A DNA stretch of 64,000 nt, taken from the NCBI RefSeq assembly GCF_026571515.1, contig NW_026857024.1, forward strand, positions 62,001 to 126,000. Direction: 5' to 3'. How positions within the stretch are numbered: the stretch's first letter is position 1; each line of letters opens with the position of its first letter. Below the pieces are notes generated by a model. That model saw only the letters and a program-made list of their open reading frames with translations, did not search any database and was not told the DNA's origin. The stretch is from Ruditapes philippinarum (Eukaryota). The translations under genes were made by a program, and so were the position numbers. Shown here piece by piece: positions 24,586-36,764 of the stretch.

Positions 24586-26869
24586 CACCCCCTTCCCCTC
24601 CAGAAAAAGCAATCTAAGGATTATTTAATTCTATACGTAATACATTAACGACATTTTTTCACCATACCGTGTACTGTAAACAAATCATCACTTATTTACA
24701 TACACTGTTTCAAATTGTACTTTATATTTTGTGAAGTAAAAACTTGGAGTCTGAACCGTAGTTTATTCAACTATTTCTAAAAGTGAGATTTAGAGATAAT
24801 TATGTATTTGTAAACAACATCAAAGAGACGAAATTGCTATTTGCTAAATACCACTGCCAATAAATTGGCAATATAGCAGACTGATTAACTATCTGTGACC
24901 AATTAATTTTAGTGATCACTTTTAAACGGGAACAGAATCCGATTTGCAAAGTTGCGTTGAAATTTGTAGACATTTAAAAACTTAATTACAGTCTGAAACA
25001 TCGCAGAAATAATATTTTGAAAAGATTCTAAACTTTAAGTGCGTAGAATCATCATGAAAATGAATGCAAATAATACGCTTTGTAGAGCATTATTTTTTGT
25101 AAAAAATATCTTGGTAATAACCAAATAATTTATAACTTAATTTATAGTGTATTTTAATGAGGGCTAATCAATTTACAAAATCTCTCACCTCTAAAAATAT
25201 AGTTGTCATTTTAATGTGCAGAAATCAAATATTTAAACTTAAATTCTTATCCACCCAAATAATTGGATATAATAAATGATACAATGTAATTAACCAGCTG
25301 ACGTTGCTTAATGAACCTTTAGGAAATGTTCATTATTAAATCAAGATCCTGTAACACATTTTTTCATTTTTTATTTCATAAATATGATGCTCAAATTAAG
25401 ATTTGTCAATATTTTAAGTTCCAATAAGCATTATTTATAAAGATATTACCGAATTTAACATTTCATGCAAATAAAGGGAGTAATTAGAAATTTATTTTCT
25501 ATAAATTGTAAGTATAATTTATTGACTTAATATAATATGCACAAATATTTGCAATACACATTTTACATATTATTCGATGTTTGAAAATTGTTTTATTTGC
25601 ATAATTATATACATATATAATTTTTTGCAAGTGTGGTATACACACAGTAACAATATCAATCACATAACATACAGGATCTTTAAGGATATCATAAAGAATT
25701 TTTTTAAAAAGTCAATCAGCAGTATAGAGCCAGGTCAGATTGCACTGATGCGCAGAAGACACAATGCTAATCACTTCCGGTTCCAGCAGGTTCACATTTA
25801 AGATAAAAATTTCATGGTAAAATATCCTAAATCTGACATTGAAATAGAAGCTTTCATCAATGCTAAATACATTATTTAAAATCGTACATTATATTTGTGT
25901 AAAATTTCTAAGCATTCTCTTTGAAATAAATGATTAAGGTTTAAATAATTTTTCGATTCTAAACCTTACCATGAAAAAAAAATTACCCTTAAGCTTCCAA
26001 CAGAACACACACTTTTCAAAATGCACGTATGTACAGGATAGCAGTGCCAAACGGAAGTTGTTATCCTATCTATTATTAATCAGATTATTTACGACTGTCA
26101 ATAATTACATTTTTGTTCTCAAGTAAATACTGTTATTTGTCGCCAAAGTTCTCGGTAAATCTGTATGTTTACAGCATTCGGTTATTCGGATTTGTCCGGC
26201 ATTTTGGGTATTGCCTAGTTCCCAGCACTCGTTTAATATAGTTGGGTTAATTTCAGTAAGTCGGGTATAAGTCAGACAGGCTTAACTGTATAAAAACTCG
26301 TGAAAATCGTGCACCTCTCTCTCTTTTCGCCAAACAGCTAGCTTACAGCCAGTTTAACAAGTACAATAGACTAGTTTTTAAATCAACGTGGTCGTACTCA
26401 TGCGAGAAGGGTCGTTTCCTCAGTAAGAACAAAAAGCCATTCAGGCAGGAGAAATGCTGCCTCTCGACCAAGGGATTGGAATGTAGTTGGTAATTCCCCA
26501 AGCTAGACAGACAACCGACAACCCGGGACAAGCGTCGGACCACCAGCTCCTGTTGATAGCCATACACGAGGCAGAAAGCGTGCACGTGTTGCCTTAGCAG
26601 ACGACGAGGACAGCTGCCTTTTACAGCCTAATGCGGGTAGGTCCTCTTAGATTATTGATTTTGAAACTATAATTCGCGATTCGGGAGTTCTGGACCCGGA
26701 AAATAGAAACAGAAATGTTCTTGAAAGACATCGTGGCTAATGTGCTGGCAATAATATTTCCGGTACTGGCGATTCTAACGAAAACGTTTCTAATGTTCCG
26801 GTTATTCAGTCCATCCAGCAAAGTAGCTCGCATATCCAGCCCGAAATACGTTTAGCAGGGAATGAGTTT

Positions 26870-27480
26870 GCTGCTCATGTCCCGGCTTCCATCAAGCAAC
26901 AGATTTGTATGGGGAATATGTCAATTTAGCCCTTCTTTTAAAGGGAGCGGTTGAGCTGTCAGACAGGCAGTGGAAGAGTTTTAAGGTTGGTAGGTTCCGA
27001 CGGACATTTAGAAACCTCGAAAGTGAATGAAAGTATAAAATCCAATCTATTGAGCGTTAAACAGATGCATTTATCATCTATGCTACACATGCTGATAAAA
27101 TATATGATCTTCTATATATATGTTCTCGATAAGTGAATGCGCTGCACGTCAAGGAGGTTACGCATGGAGAACCTATGACGAGCAGTTCCGTATCCGTCAG
27201 GCACTCTCGCCTTATCCTTGGTCAGTGATTAATAACGACCTCTGATGGCGTTGCATGCGGGTGCTGAACAGTTCTAGGTCTTCAACTTCGTTTAGCTTCA
27301 AATGCCTAGAGTGTAGGTGGCCGAATTGTAGATTTGTGCATCTTTGCAAAATATGTGGCGATTCGCATTCCCTAGTCAACAAAACGCTACGCAGAGTAAT
27401 TTTCAGCCAACAAGCCCATTAAGAGGGCGGCCTTATTTTCGTCCATTCCAAGGTCGAGGCAGAGGCCAACACCAAAAGTA
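26870..27480 (+). pseudogene. Ngaro/DIRS gag-like ORF remnant
   Basis: IKQQI..GEYVNLALLL, TDAFIIYA, GGYAWRTYDEQFRIRQA and a CRWPNCRFVHLCKICGDSH zinc-knuckle. Stops and frameshifts are present. Confidence 0.8.
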
Positions 27481-27740
27481 ATCCCCGAAATTTAGATGTT
27501 TCTAGTATAGCAATATCGCCAACTAATGTCATTATGTTGGAAAAATATCTTTTATCTTATGATCAAAATGAGGCTTCATTTTTGCTAAATGGTTTCAAAT
27601 ACGGCTTTCGTATTCAATACGGCGGCCCTAGCAAAGCTCGGGATTCACCAATCGGCAAAAATAAATCCGCAAATAATCAAAAAACAAATTAACACAGAAA
27701 TTTAAGGTAGTAGAGTAGCGGGACCTTTCAAGGAGCCCCC

Positions 27741-27993
27741 TTTTTGTGCCCCCACTATAGGAGGGAGGCATTTAAATTTACCCTTGTCCGTCCGTCCTTC
27801 GGTCCGTCCGTTCTCTTTTTGTGTCGCACGTAGCTCTAAAAGTAATTGACCTAGAGTCATGAAACCTTACAGGAATGTTGATCAGCATTAGTAGTTGTGC
27901 ACCTGGGTATTTTCACGTGGATATATTTAGTATTTTTAGAGTTATTGCCCTTGACTTAGTAGAAACTTGCAATTTTCAACTTGTGCCGCACGT
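27741..27993 (+). mobile_element. Truncated Helentron-associated/DINE-like (pearl-type) non-autonomous element
   Basis: Starts ttttgtgccccc..gggaggca (hairpin), then a (gtcc)n microsatellite, then a ~160-bp unit bounded by the repeat ttgtgycgcacgta. It interrupts the RT right after EPPF. Confidence 0.65.
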
Positions 27994-28350
27994 ATGGTGT
28001 TCACCATACCGCAATCAAAATTAAACAAAGTTAAAGAAAACATTCTTCACTTGTGATCAAAATCTAAAGCAACGCTAAAAGAAATGCTGTCATTAATTGG
28101 ATTTTTGAATTTTTGCTGGCGCGCAATTTTAGTCGGCAGACCGTTTACTAGGCGTTTTATAAACACAACGTGCGGCCTTTCAAAACCGCATCATCATATT
28201 CGTATTGATTAAGAAACTCCTTTAGAGTTAGAAATGTGGTCTTTTCTCAATAAGTTTAATAGGATTTCCGTCTTTCTGGACCGCTTTTGGGTCACAAATG
28301 AGGACGTGCAATAATTCACAGACATCGCCGAGGGTCGTGGCATGGGCTTT

Positions 28351-28521
28351 TTGCCAGTTCATGTTAAATGTTGAATTCTGCTTAAGCCGGGGCTAGGGGG
28401 CGTGGACGGTAACTTTCACTTTTCAGTACCGTCCATGAACAGGCTTAATCAAACCGAGCCTGCCACATTAAAAATTTTGTTGTGTTGGGCTTTCTTTAGG
28501 GATTCTGTTTTTCTCTATTTT
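28351..28521 (+). repeat. Family B' short element inserted in the Ngaro RNase H
   Basis: Lies between ggcttt (GF) and ggtatatat (GIY). Contains aagccggggctaggggg and the hairpin caggcttaatcaaaccgagcctg. Confidence 0.8.
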
Positions 28522-28594
28522 GGTATATATTTTCAAGGTCATTGGTGCAATGCAAGTCGGCCGGATTTCTGCCATACATCGGACATAACGTCTG

Positions 28595-28749
28595 AAATAT
28601 GATAAACAAGATCAACAAGGAAAGGCGGCGTTCAATGAGCGCAACCCCCTCCCGACCCAGTAACAAGAGCCAGTGGCAAGGAGCCCATGAGGACCCCAAA
28701 CAAAAACAGGACAGGACACAAGGCAGAGCATGAGCAGGCTAACCACTTA
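28595..28749 (-). repeat. Family A short element inserted in the Ngaro RNase H
   Basis: aatatgataaacaagatcaacaaggaaaggcggcgttcaatgagcgc...aaccact, close to the copies at 23557, 44327 and 55455. Confidence 0.85.
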
Positions 28750-29450
28750 AATCATCAGCAACTGATATTACATGTTTAGAATTGTTCCCTATCGTTGTCA
28801 CACTATTTATCTGGGGTTCGGAATTAAAAAACAAAAATATTTAAGTAAATCGTAAGCAAATTAACCTCAAAATCGGATCGCGTCATGAATTTAGTAAGGA
28901 TTCTAACTATAAGATGTTTAGAGCTGAATGACCTTTTAAAAGGCTGTCACGTGGAAGGTAACAACAATAATATATGTGACGCTTTATCTCAATTTCAGGG
29001 GGAACGGCGTCGTCTCTTATGGAATGCTTTTTATTTTAGCCTATGGAAGGAGCTGTTATTATTTGCAGTTAATGTCATGTTGTGTAAATTAGTTTTATTT
29101 TGATACGTAAAATCAAGTAAACAAATATGTTATTATATTTGTATTTAATAAATTTATGTTAAAAGCATGTGCATTGTGATATTATTTTCACGAAATTGCA
29201 GGCTCAGTATAACAGCTTTTCCCTAAGCTTTATTGGCAATACTAAAATCCGGATTTCGAATATCGTTGTGGTCTACATTGATGCCGTATTCTTATTTCAT
29301 TCATTTATATATTTTCAAAATTTTCCTACAAGAAGAACGTTCACCTGCAAATGTGTATTAGGATAGGTAATGGAATTGTTGTAAACGATTATCCTATTGA
29401 TTTTATCCATATTACGTTTATCTATTGCACAGAATGAGTGTTTTTACAAA

Positions 29451-29632
29451 GGGTACCGGTATCCGGATGTTGAAAACTATCCGATTTACTGCAATTACCG
29501 CTGTCACATGGCCATCTAACTTTTTATGAATACTTTACCATTACTTTGCATGGCTTAATAAAACTGAGCCTGCAACATTTTATAATTTTGCTGTTTAGGG
29601 TGTTCTTTTGGGTTTCAGGCTTTCTCTATTTT
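29451..29632 (+). repeat. Family B' short element (diverged)
   Basis: ggcttaataaaactgagcctgcaacatttt...tttctctatttt, sharing its 3' end with the 28351 copy. Confidence 0.6.
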
Positions 29633-32600
29633 AAGGGGAAGTAACTCGTGTTAAGTTAAATAACAAAATTGTTGTTCTTTTCTGTCTATCTTAGATATTA
29701 CTTATTATTTTTGTTGTATAAAATTTACCAGTTGTAAGGTCATCAAAAGCATAGAGGCCCTGAGGAGTGAATATTGATAGATTTTTTTACTGGCTTTATA
29801 TACCTTAGACTGGATTTTTCTTGTTTGTTCAGTTAGTACAAACACACAGGTATTCTGTACAGGAATCTTCTAATCACTATGTGAAACTTATTATTACTTT
29901 CTATGTGTTTGTAATTAAATTGTTAATTAAATAACCTTTGGTAAAAATGAAAGGTAGAAAATAAAAGCTATGCATATAGGTGCTCATGTCCATATATCAA
30001 AACAGAGAATGGATAACATCCTAAAGTTATCAATTTTTAACACTTGATATATATGTAGTTAGTTATGTAGTAAAGTCTAATGGAAGGTTAAAAGAGGGAC
30101 AGTATTTGTTACTGTAAGAGATATGCATTTGATGTTTAGACACTCACACAACTCAATCTTTATTATATGATATAGACTATTTGAGATTGTTTTTCTTTTA
30201 TACTTTACAGTATAGTTTTCTTTCTACACGATTATGAATTTCATCCAAGTACCAATGTTGATAGGATGTTATATTTATTTTTAATGGAAACTGGGAATAC
30301 ATAGATGTGTATCGTAGTATATGGATATAATGTGTATTTCTGTATTTAAAGACTTACAGTTATGATGGATGAGACTTGCATTTAAAGGACAAGGTTCACA
30401 AACAGGGCTTTTTAGCCCAGTAATTTTACAAATGCAAAACCATGAAATATAAACGATATCCGACATATTTTACAAGAAATGGCCTATTTCTATCAAAAAA
30501 AATCACAAAATACCACAGTAAATGGTATTTTAATGTCTAGAAAACACAACTTATTAACCATGCATAATTGTCAAAATAGCGAAATTCTGAACGTTCACTG
30601 TCGTATTTTGTTAAAATAACATATGAAGAGCCACAAGCGACACAAAGTCCTTTTCAGGTAATGATACTTAATATATAATAAAGCTGTGGCCGAAATATGT
30701 TGGTGTCGGGTTTGGCTCTTAATATCTAAAAATAATGTTTTCTAACATTTATTGTTGCTATGGAAAATCGGTCTTAGCTGATAATACCTATGATATTTGG
30801 CATGAAAACAATATTTTTATTTTAAAATTTTAACTAAACTAAGTTCTCATGTAGACCTTTAATAAAATAATATAAACTTAGACAGCAAGTGATTTATAAC
30901 ATCTTTTGCGTGGTTTTATTTTTAATCACTATCCGAACTTGCCCTACCCAAATACGTGGTTGATCAGAAAAAAATGTTATCCGTGTGTGGAAAAAGTTTG
31001 TTTATGTCTTGCTAATAAATGAATACTTAAGACAATATAGCACATTACATTTATGTTTAACCCGCTTCTCGTAAGAAACAGCAGAAATGCGTACAAACGC
31101 CAACTTTTGGTTCGAGAATTGACCACTACTGTATTCAAGAGAATTAACTCGACATTGAAACACAAACTGAAAGTAGACTGCTATTGTTTTTCTCTCTGAT
31201 CGTTTTCCAACACTTTTCAGCGATGTAGGTGCAAAAACTGGAAACAAAAGGTAGAAACTTTTGTATAATTATATTTTGTGATGATAATACTTTTAAATTC
31301 AATTTCTGTATCGAATCAATACGTTTATTTCGATCTGTCATTTTGTGTTGTTACGGACGCAGACGTCAACATGTCAACTTTTAAAATTATGGAAGAACAG
31401 TGATAAATCAATAGTGAAATTGAAATATTTGGTAATGAATTAAAATATTTGAAAGATTTACAGAAAAGAGCCTTAAAGTATCGTTTTAAGGTAGTAACAC
31501 ATTGATAATGGTTTTTTAAGTGTATTAATATTTGTTTTGCAGACGGGATAGTCGATGTAGTCCATAGCCTAGTGTCACCCGATAGGCCGGAGTTCAAAAC
31601 CAGGTAGCTACCCTTTTTTTCTTGTCTCTTTTTTTCAACAACTTTCTTTAGATATCTTACTCATGTGTTTTATTTTGCTTTGAATTTTAAAAAGTTTTTT
31701 TTAATAATATTTGAAAGCTTAAACTGCATCAAAGAAGACCTGTCAACAAAAATATAGCTAAATATTTATGGAAATTCTATTTGATGCAAACAACCAATTT
31801 GGATTTTATTTGTGGAGGTTGCAGAAGAAAAGTGTATCCAGTTTCTAGTGCACAGCCAAAGTCATCAGTTTCAGACACATCAACAAAATCTACTGAAAAT
31901 CAGACAGCAACAGCAACAACATCTACAGCCTGTAAAAGTCCTCTATCCATTCAGCTTCCTATTAAATCTACATCCAAAAGCCATTCCTACTGTTTCATTT
32001 GTAAAAAGCCAGGTCCCAAAATCATAGTTGAACCAGCAAATATAAGATATTCAGTGTTCATTGAACATGGAATTATTATCACAGCTGAAAGCAGATGTTG
32101 TACTTCTCATTTCAATCACAACTTAAACGAATTTAATAAAGAAGAACTAGTGAACATGAAAACAAAAGAACAATCATTTTGAACAGAACTACGATTACTG
32201 AATTCATCAATAAAACTAGAGAAATTGCCTTAAAGTCTTCAAACAAGAGAATGTCATTTGACAGTATGCATACCTATACAGATGAAGATTTAATCAACTT
32301 GACAGGCCTAAACAAAGAACAATTTCTTGATTAATACCAACATGTTGAATCTTCTATAAAAACACTCCAGCAAGAACCTCCATAACAACACTTGGTATTT
32401 TCCTCTTAAAAATGAAATGTGGACTTTCAAACAAAGTATTATCAACAACATTCAATATAACAAAATCAAGTATAAGAAGAGCAATTCACTCAGCTAGACA
32501 AGCTCTTTGTGATATTATTGTTCCTGCCCATCTTGGATTTGAACATGTTACTAGAGAAGAAATCATTAAAAAACACACCAGAAAATTAGCACAAGACCTT

Positions 32601-33222
32601 CTACCTGAAAGCAATAACCAGGCAATTCTAGTTCTTGATGGAACATATATTTACATTAACAAAAGCAACAACTTTCAATTCCAAAGGAGAATCTTTAGTA
32701 TGCACAAGCACCGACCATTAGTTAAACCCATGATAATTGTCTCCACCACTGGTTATTTTGTAAATGCTTTAGGGCCATATTTTGCTGACTCAAAAAACAA
32801 CGATGCATCCATTCTAAAACATATTTTAAACAACAACATACAAGAAATCAAATCATGGATTGACCCCAGTGACATTTTTGTAGTAGACCGTGGTTTTAGG
32901 GATGCTATTGAATTAATTAAGGAACTAGGAATACAAGCAAAAATGCCTGCCTTTATAAAAAGAACAGAAAAACAGATGACAACAGATGATGCAAATGCCA
33001 GTCGGTTTGTAAAAAAGGTAATAATTTAAATAATCAACTACATATACAATTAATTATTATTATTAACTTCAGATTTAAATGCATAGCTTTTAATTGAAAA
33101 TTATTTTATGAGATATATTTAAAGTTCAATTCTTATATATGAAATATTGAACATTTCTAAAGTAAAAGAAGATAAATTACATTGTATAATATTATCAACT
33201 TAATATAAGTTCATATATTTTC

Positions 33223-34125
33223 ATGTATACTTTACATCGACCTGTAAAAATTTGTTCTCTATACCTTTCTCCAAATATAACGGTAACAAGTGATGAACTT
33301 GAGAGTATTGTTCGACAATTACCATCACCTTTCCTTCTCTTAGGCGACTTTAATGCTCATAATCCTATGTGGGGCAGTACATCTACAAATAACAAGGGTA
33401 ATATAACTGAAAAATTGATAGATAACTTTCAGGTTTGTTTATTAAACAATCGGTCACCTACATATTTACATCCAGCTACAGGTACGTTTTCTTGCATCGA
33501 CCTCTCGATTGTCCACTCTGCTATATTCTTGGACTTCGATTGGAAAGTGTTAGATGACCAGTACGGCAGTGATCATTTTCCATTGTTACGTACATCAAAT
33601 GACTCTATACCAGATGAAAGACGTCAATTTTTTAAATTTAAGAAAGCAGATTGGGAAACATTTTCTAGGCTCTGTTCCATTGATCTAACAAAAAATGAAT
33701 TTAATTTCACTTCTGCTGATATAGCTGAAACGTTTTCTTCAGCATTACATACTATTGCCTGCAAAGTTGTTCCATTAACAAAAAATAATAGTAACAAAAT
33801 CAAAAAGCCATCGTTTAACGATGAATGTAAAAAAGCTGTTCGCATACGTAAAGCTTCACTAAAAAAGTTTGAACGTCGCCCTACAACAGAAAACCTTGAA
33901 AATTATAGAATATTTAGAGCTAAAGCTAGAAGATCAATTCGTTTGTCTAAACGCAAATCCTGGCAATCATATGTTTCAAATATTAATTCAAATACTCCTA
34001 TTAAGAAAGTCTGGGATGCAGTACGGAAAATAAGTGGTAAGTATAAAAAGAGTCCAATTGTTCACTTAAAAACTGGTGATGGCCAATATGCCAAAACAAA
34101 AACGGATATTGCAGAAACTGGCTAA
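33223..34125 (+). CDS. LINE ORF2 AP-endonuclease region (5'-truncated, frameshifted from the RT part; the ATG lies in the TSD)
   Basis: LGDFNAHNPMWGS, PTY, SCIDLS and GSDHFP motifs. Confidence 0.8.
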   Translation: MYTLHRPVKICSLYLSPNITVTSDELESIVRQLPSPFLLLGDFNAHNPMWGSTSTNNKGNITEKLIDNFQVCLLNNRSPTYLHPATGTFSCIDLSIVHSAIFLDFDWKVLDDQYGSDHFPLLRTSNDSIPDERRQFFKFKKADWETFSRLCSIDLTKNEFNFTSADIAETFSSALHTIACKVVPLTKNNSNKIKKPSFNDECKKAVRIRKASLKKFERRPTTENLENYRIFRAKARRSIRLSKRKSWQSYVSNINSNTPIKKVWDAVRKISGKYKKSPIVHLKTGDGQYAKTKTDIAETG

Positions 34126-36764
34126 AACATTTGAAAAGAACTCTTCTTCAAACAATTATTCAAATGAATTTCAACAACACAAATGTAAAGCGGAGAAAGA
34201 ACATATTAATTTTACTTCAAGAAATGACGAAGACTATAATTCCCTTTTCTCTATTGATGACTTAATTTATTCAATTAAAACTGCAAAAGACAGTGCTGCA
34301 GGCCCGGACGAAATTTACTACCAGTTTCTTAAACATCTACCGCCCCAATCTCTTGACTTGCTTCTTGAAATTTTTAACAGAATTTGGGTTTCCGGTGAAT
34401 TTCCTAACACTTGGAAAAATGCGTTGGTTATTCCTATCCCTAAACCTGGAAAAGATTCAACTGACCCTACAAATTATCGCCCAATTTCACTGACAAGTTG
34501 CCTCTGCAAAACATTCGAGAGAATGATAAATAATCGGTTAGTTTGGTATCTAGAAAATAATGGAATTATTACTAATTTTCAGTCAGGTTTTCGTAAACAG
34601 CGAAGTACAAACGATCATCTTGTACGACTTGAAACTTTTATTAGAGAAGCCTTTGTAAATAAACAACACCTGGTATCAATTTTCTTTGATCTTGAGAAGG
34701 CTTACGATACTACTTGGAAATATGGTATCCTAAAAGATCTAAAGGATGCTGGACTTAAAGGCAGACTTCCTCTTTTCATTTCTGGATTTTTAAACGATAG
34801 ACACTTTAAAGTAAGACTTGGTTCAACTTTTTCTGAGGATCACCAACAAGAACAAGGTGTTCCTCAAGGAAGCATACTTTCTGTTACACTTTTTGGCCTT
34901 AAAATAAACAATATTGCTAGCGCTCTTACACCAGGCATAGATTGTTCTCTATATGTAGATGATTTTCTTATCTGCTATCGATCGAAAAGTATGAGAACAA
35001 TTGAAAGGCAACTTCAACAAAATTTAGATAAAATCCAAAAGTGGGCAATAGAAAATGGTTTTAAATTTTCAAAGTCAAAAACTCAATGTGTTCATTTTTG
35101 TCGATTGCGGAAACACCATAATGATCCTGAACTTTACATATCTGGTTCTAAAATTCCAGTAGTTGATGAAGCTAAGTTTTTAGGAATTATATTTGACAAA
35201 AAACTTTCTTTTATACCACATATTAAACATTTGAAAACTAAATGCCTTAAAGCTTTAAATTTACTTAAGGTTTTATCAAGTACAAATTGGGGATCAAATT
35301 CTTCCACATTACTGAAATTATACAGAAGTCTTATCCGATCAAAATTAGATTATGGTTCTGTTGTATATGGGTCTGCAAGAAAATCATATCTTCAAATGCT
35401 AGATACCATACATCACCAGGGTTTACGCTTAGCTTTAGGTGCATTTCGCACCTCACCTGTAGAAAGTCTATATGCGGAAGCTGGGGAACCATCGCTTCAA
35501 CTTCGTCGAAAAAAGCTATCACTTCAATATGCAACTAGAATTTCATCAAATAGCAAAAATCCAGCCAAAAATATTATTTTCAAACCAAATTATATTGAAA
35601 AATTTGTTAACAAACCAAAGGAAATTAAACCATTAGGCCTTCGTTTAAAAGATGATTTAGATAAACTTAAAATTAATCCTGTCAGTATCCTTCAAAATGA
35701 CGATGAGGATGTTCCACCTTGGACTTATAATTCCCCTGAAATAAATATTAACCTTTCAAATATAAAAAAGACATCAAATTCACATGAACATTTCAAAGAG
35801 AAGTTTCTAGCAATTAAGGAAGAACATGAAAATTTTATACATATTTATACGGACGGTTCAAAGGAAGGTTGCAAAGTAGGTGCGGCTGTGTATGAAAATG
35901 ATTTTACATCTAGTATGAGGTTACCAGATAATGCATCAATTTTTACTGCTGAAGCAAAAGCTATAGATTTAGCATTGTCATACATAGAACAGCATACCCA
36001 TGATAAATTTGTGATATTTTCTGACTCGCTTTCTGTTTTAATATCCATTAAAAATAAAAAATCTGACAATATCATGATAAAGAAACTTCTTTTGCGATTT
36101 CATGATATACTTAAAATAAAATCTGTTAAATTATATTGGATTCCAAGTCATGTAGGTATACGAGGAAATGAAAAAGTAGATGCTTTAGCTAAACAAGCTT
36201 TAAATTTTCAAAAAACTGACTTATTGTTACCTGCTTGTGATTTTAGAACGGCTATAAATAAACTCGTTTCATCTGAATGGAAAGCAAATTGGGACAATGT
36301 CGTCTTTAATAAACTTCATGATATAAACCCATCTCTTGATGTGTCACCATCTCTGTCTTTGTCAAACCGCCATGATCAAACAGTTCTTCTTCGATGCCGA
36401 ATTGGACACACTAAGGTTACCCATTCTTATCTCCTCACGAATGACAATGCCCCTTTCTGTGTAGGCTGTAATGAAAATTTTACTGTCAAGCATTTTCTTC
36501 TGGAATGTTATGATTTTTCACAAGCCCGTAACAGATTTTATAATGTAAACTCACTCAAAGAACTCTTTAATACAATTCCATCAAAAAACATCATCGATTA
36601 TTTGAAAGAGATAAGCTTGTATTCAAAGATCTGATTGGCTCTTTTTTTATTTTTATTTACAACGTTTTACATAATAGTTTAAGCCTATTTTAGCATTCGG
36701 CACGATATGGCCATTTATGTGTTGACGTGCCGAAAAAATCCAAACAAACAAACAAACAAACAAA
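33235..36764 (+). mobile_element. 5'-truncated I-clade (I/Nimb-like) LINE with 13-bp TSD
   Basis: TSD catgtatacttta at 33222-33234 and 36765-36777. 3' stem-loop cggcacg...cgtgccg and a (CAAA)6 tail. Encodes EN, RT, RNase H and CCHC. Confidence 0.95.
34076..36634 (+). CDS. LINE ORF2 reverse transcriptase + RNase H + CCHC finger
   Basis: RT motifs NYRPISLTSC, QSGFR, FFDLEKAYD, GVPQGSILS, LYVDD. RNase H motifs YTDGSK, FTAEAKAI, FSDSLS, WIPSHVGIRGNEKVDALAK. C-terminal CVGC..TVKHFLLEC. Confidence 0.93.
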   Translation: MMANMPKQKRILQKLAKTFEKNSSSNNYSNEFQQHKCKAEKEHINFTSRNDEDYNSLFSIDDLIYSIKTAKDSAAGPDEIYYQFLKHLPPQSLDLLLEIFNRIWVSGEFPNTWKNALVIPIPKPGKDSTDPTNYRPISLTSCLCKTFERMINNRLVWYLENNGIITNFQSGFRKQRSTNDHLVRLETFIREAFVNKQHLVSIFFDLEKAYDTTWKYGILKDLKDAGLKGRLPLFISGFLNDRHFKVRLGSTFSEDHQQEQGVPQGSILSVTLFGLKINNIASALTPGIDCSLYVDDFLICYRSKSMRTIERQLQQNLDKIQKWAIENGFKFSKSKTQCVHFCRLRKHHNDPELYISGSKIPVVDEAKFLGIIFDKKLSFIPHIKHLKTKCLKALNLLKVLSSTNWGSNSSTLLKLYRSLIRSKLDYGSVVYGSARKSYLQMLDTIHHQGLRLALGAFRTSPVESLYAEAGEPSLQLRRKKLSLQYATRISSNSKNPAKNIIFKPNYIEKFVNKPKEIKPLGLRLKDDLDKLKINPVSILQNDDEDVPPWTYNSPEININLSNIKKTSNSHEHFKEKFLAIKEEHENFIHIYTDGSKEGCKVGAAVYENDFTSSMRLPDNASIFTAEAKAIDLALSYIEQHTHDKFVIFSDSLSVLISIKNKKSDNIMIKKLLLRFHDILKIKSVKLYWIPSHVGIRGNEKVDALAKQALNFQKTDLLLPACDFRTAINKLVSSEWKANWDNVVFNKLHDINPSLDVSPSLSLSNRHDQTVLLRCRIGHTKVTHSYLLTNDNAPFCVGCNENFTVKHFLLECYDFSQARNRFYNVNSLKELFNTIPSKNIIDYLKEISLYSKI

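Larger units (their letters stand above)
27500..29000 (+). pseudogene. Ngaro/DIRS RT-RNase H remnant, interrupted by three insertions
   Basis: FLLNGFKYGFRIQYGGP, RVAGPFKEPPF, LSLIGFLNF..GRPFTRRF, FTD..GMGF|GIYFQGHW, DITCLELFPIVV..IWG, HVEGNNNNICDALSQFQ. Confidence 0.85.

Noticed and set aside
28434-28505. ATGA-12 nt-AAA in family B' resembling a SECIS
   Set aside because: There is no correctly placed 3' GA to form the quartet, and ATGA is not kept in other copies.
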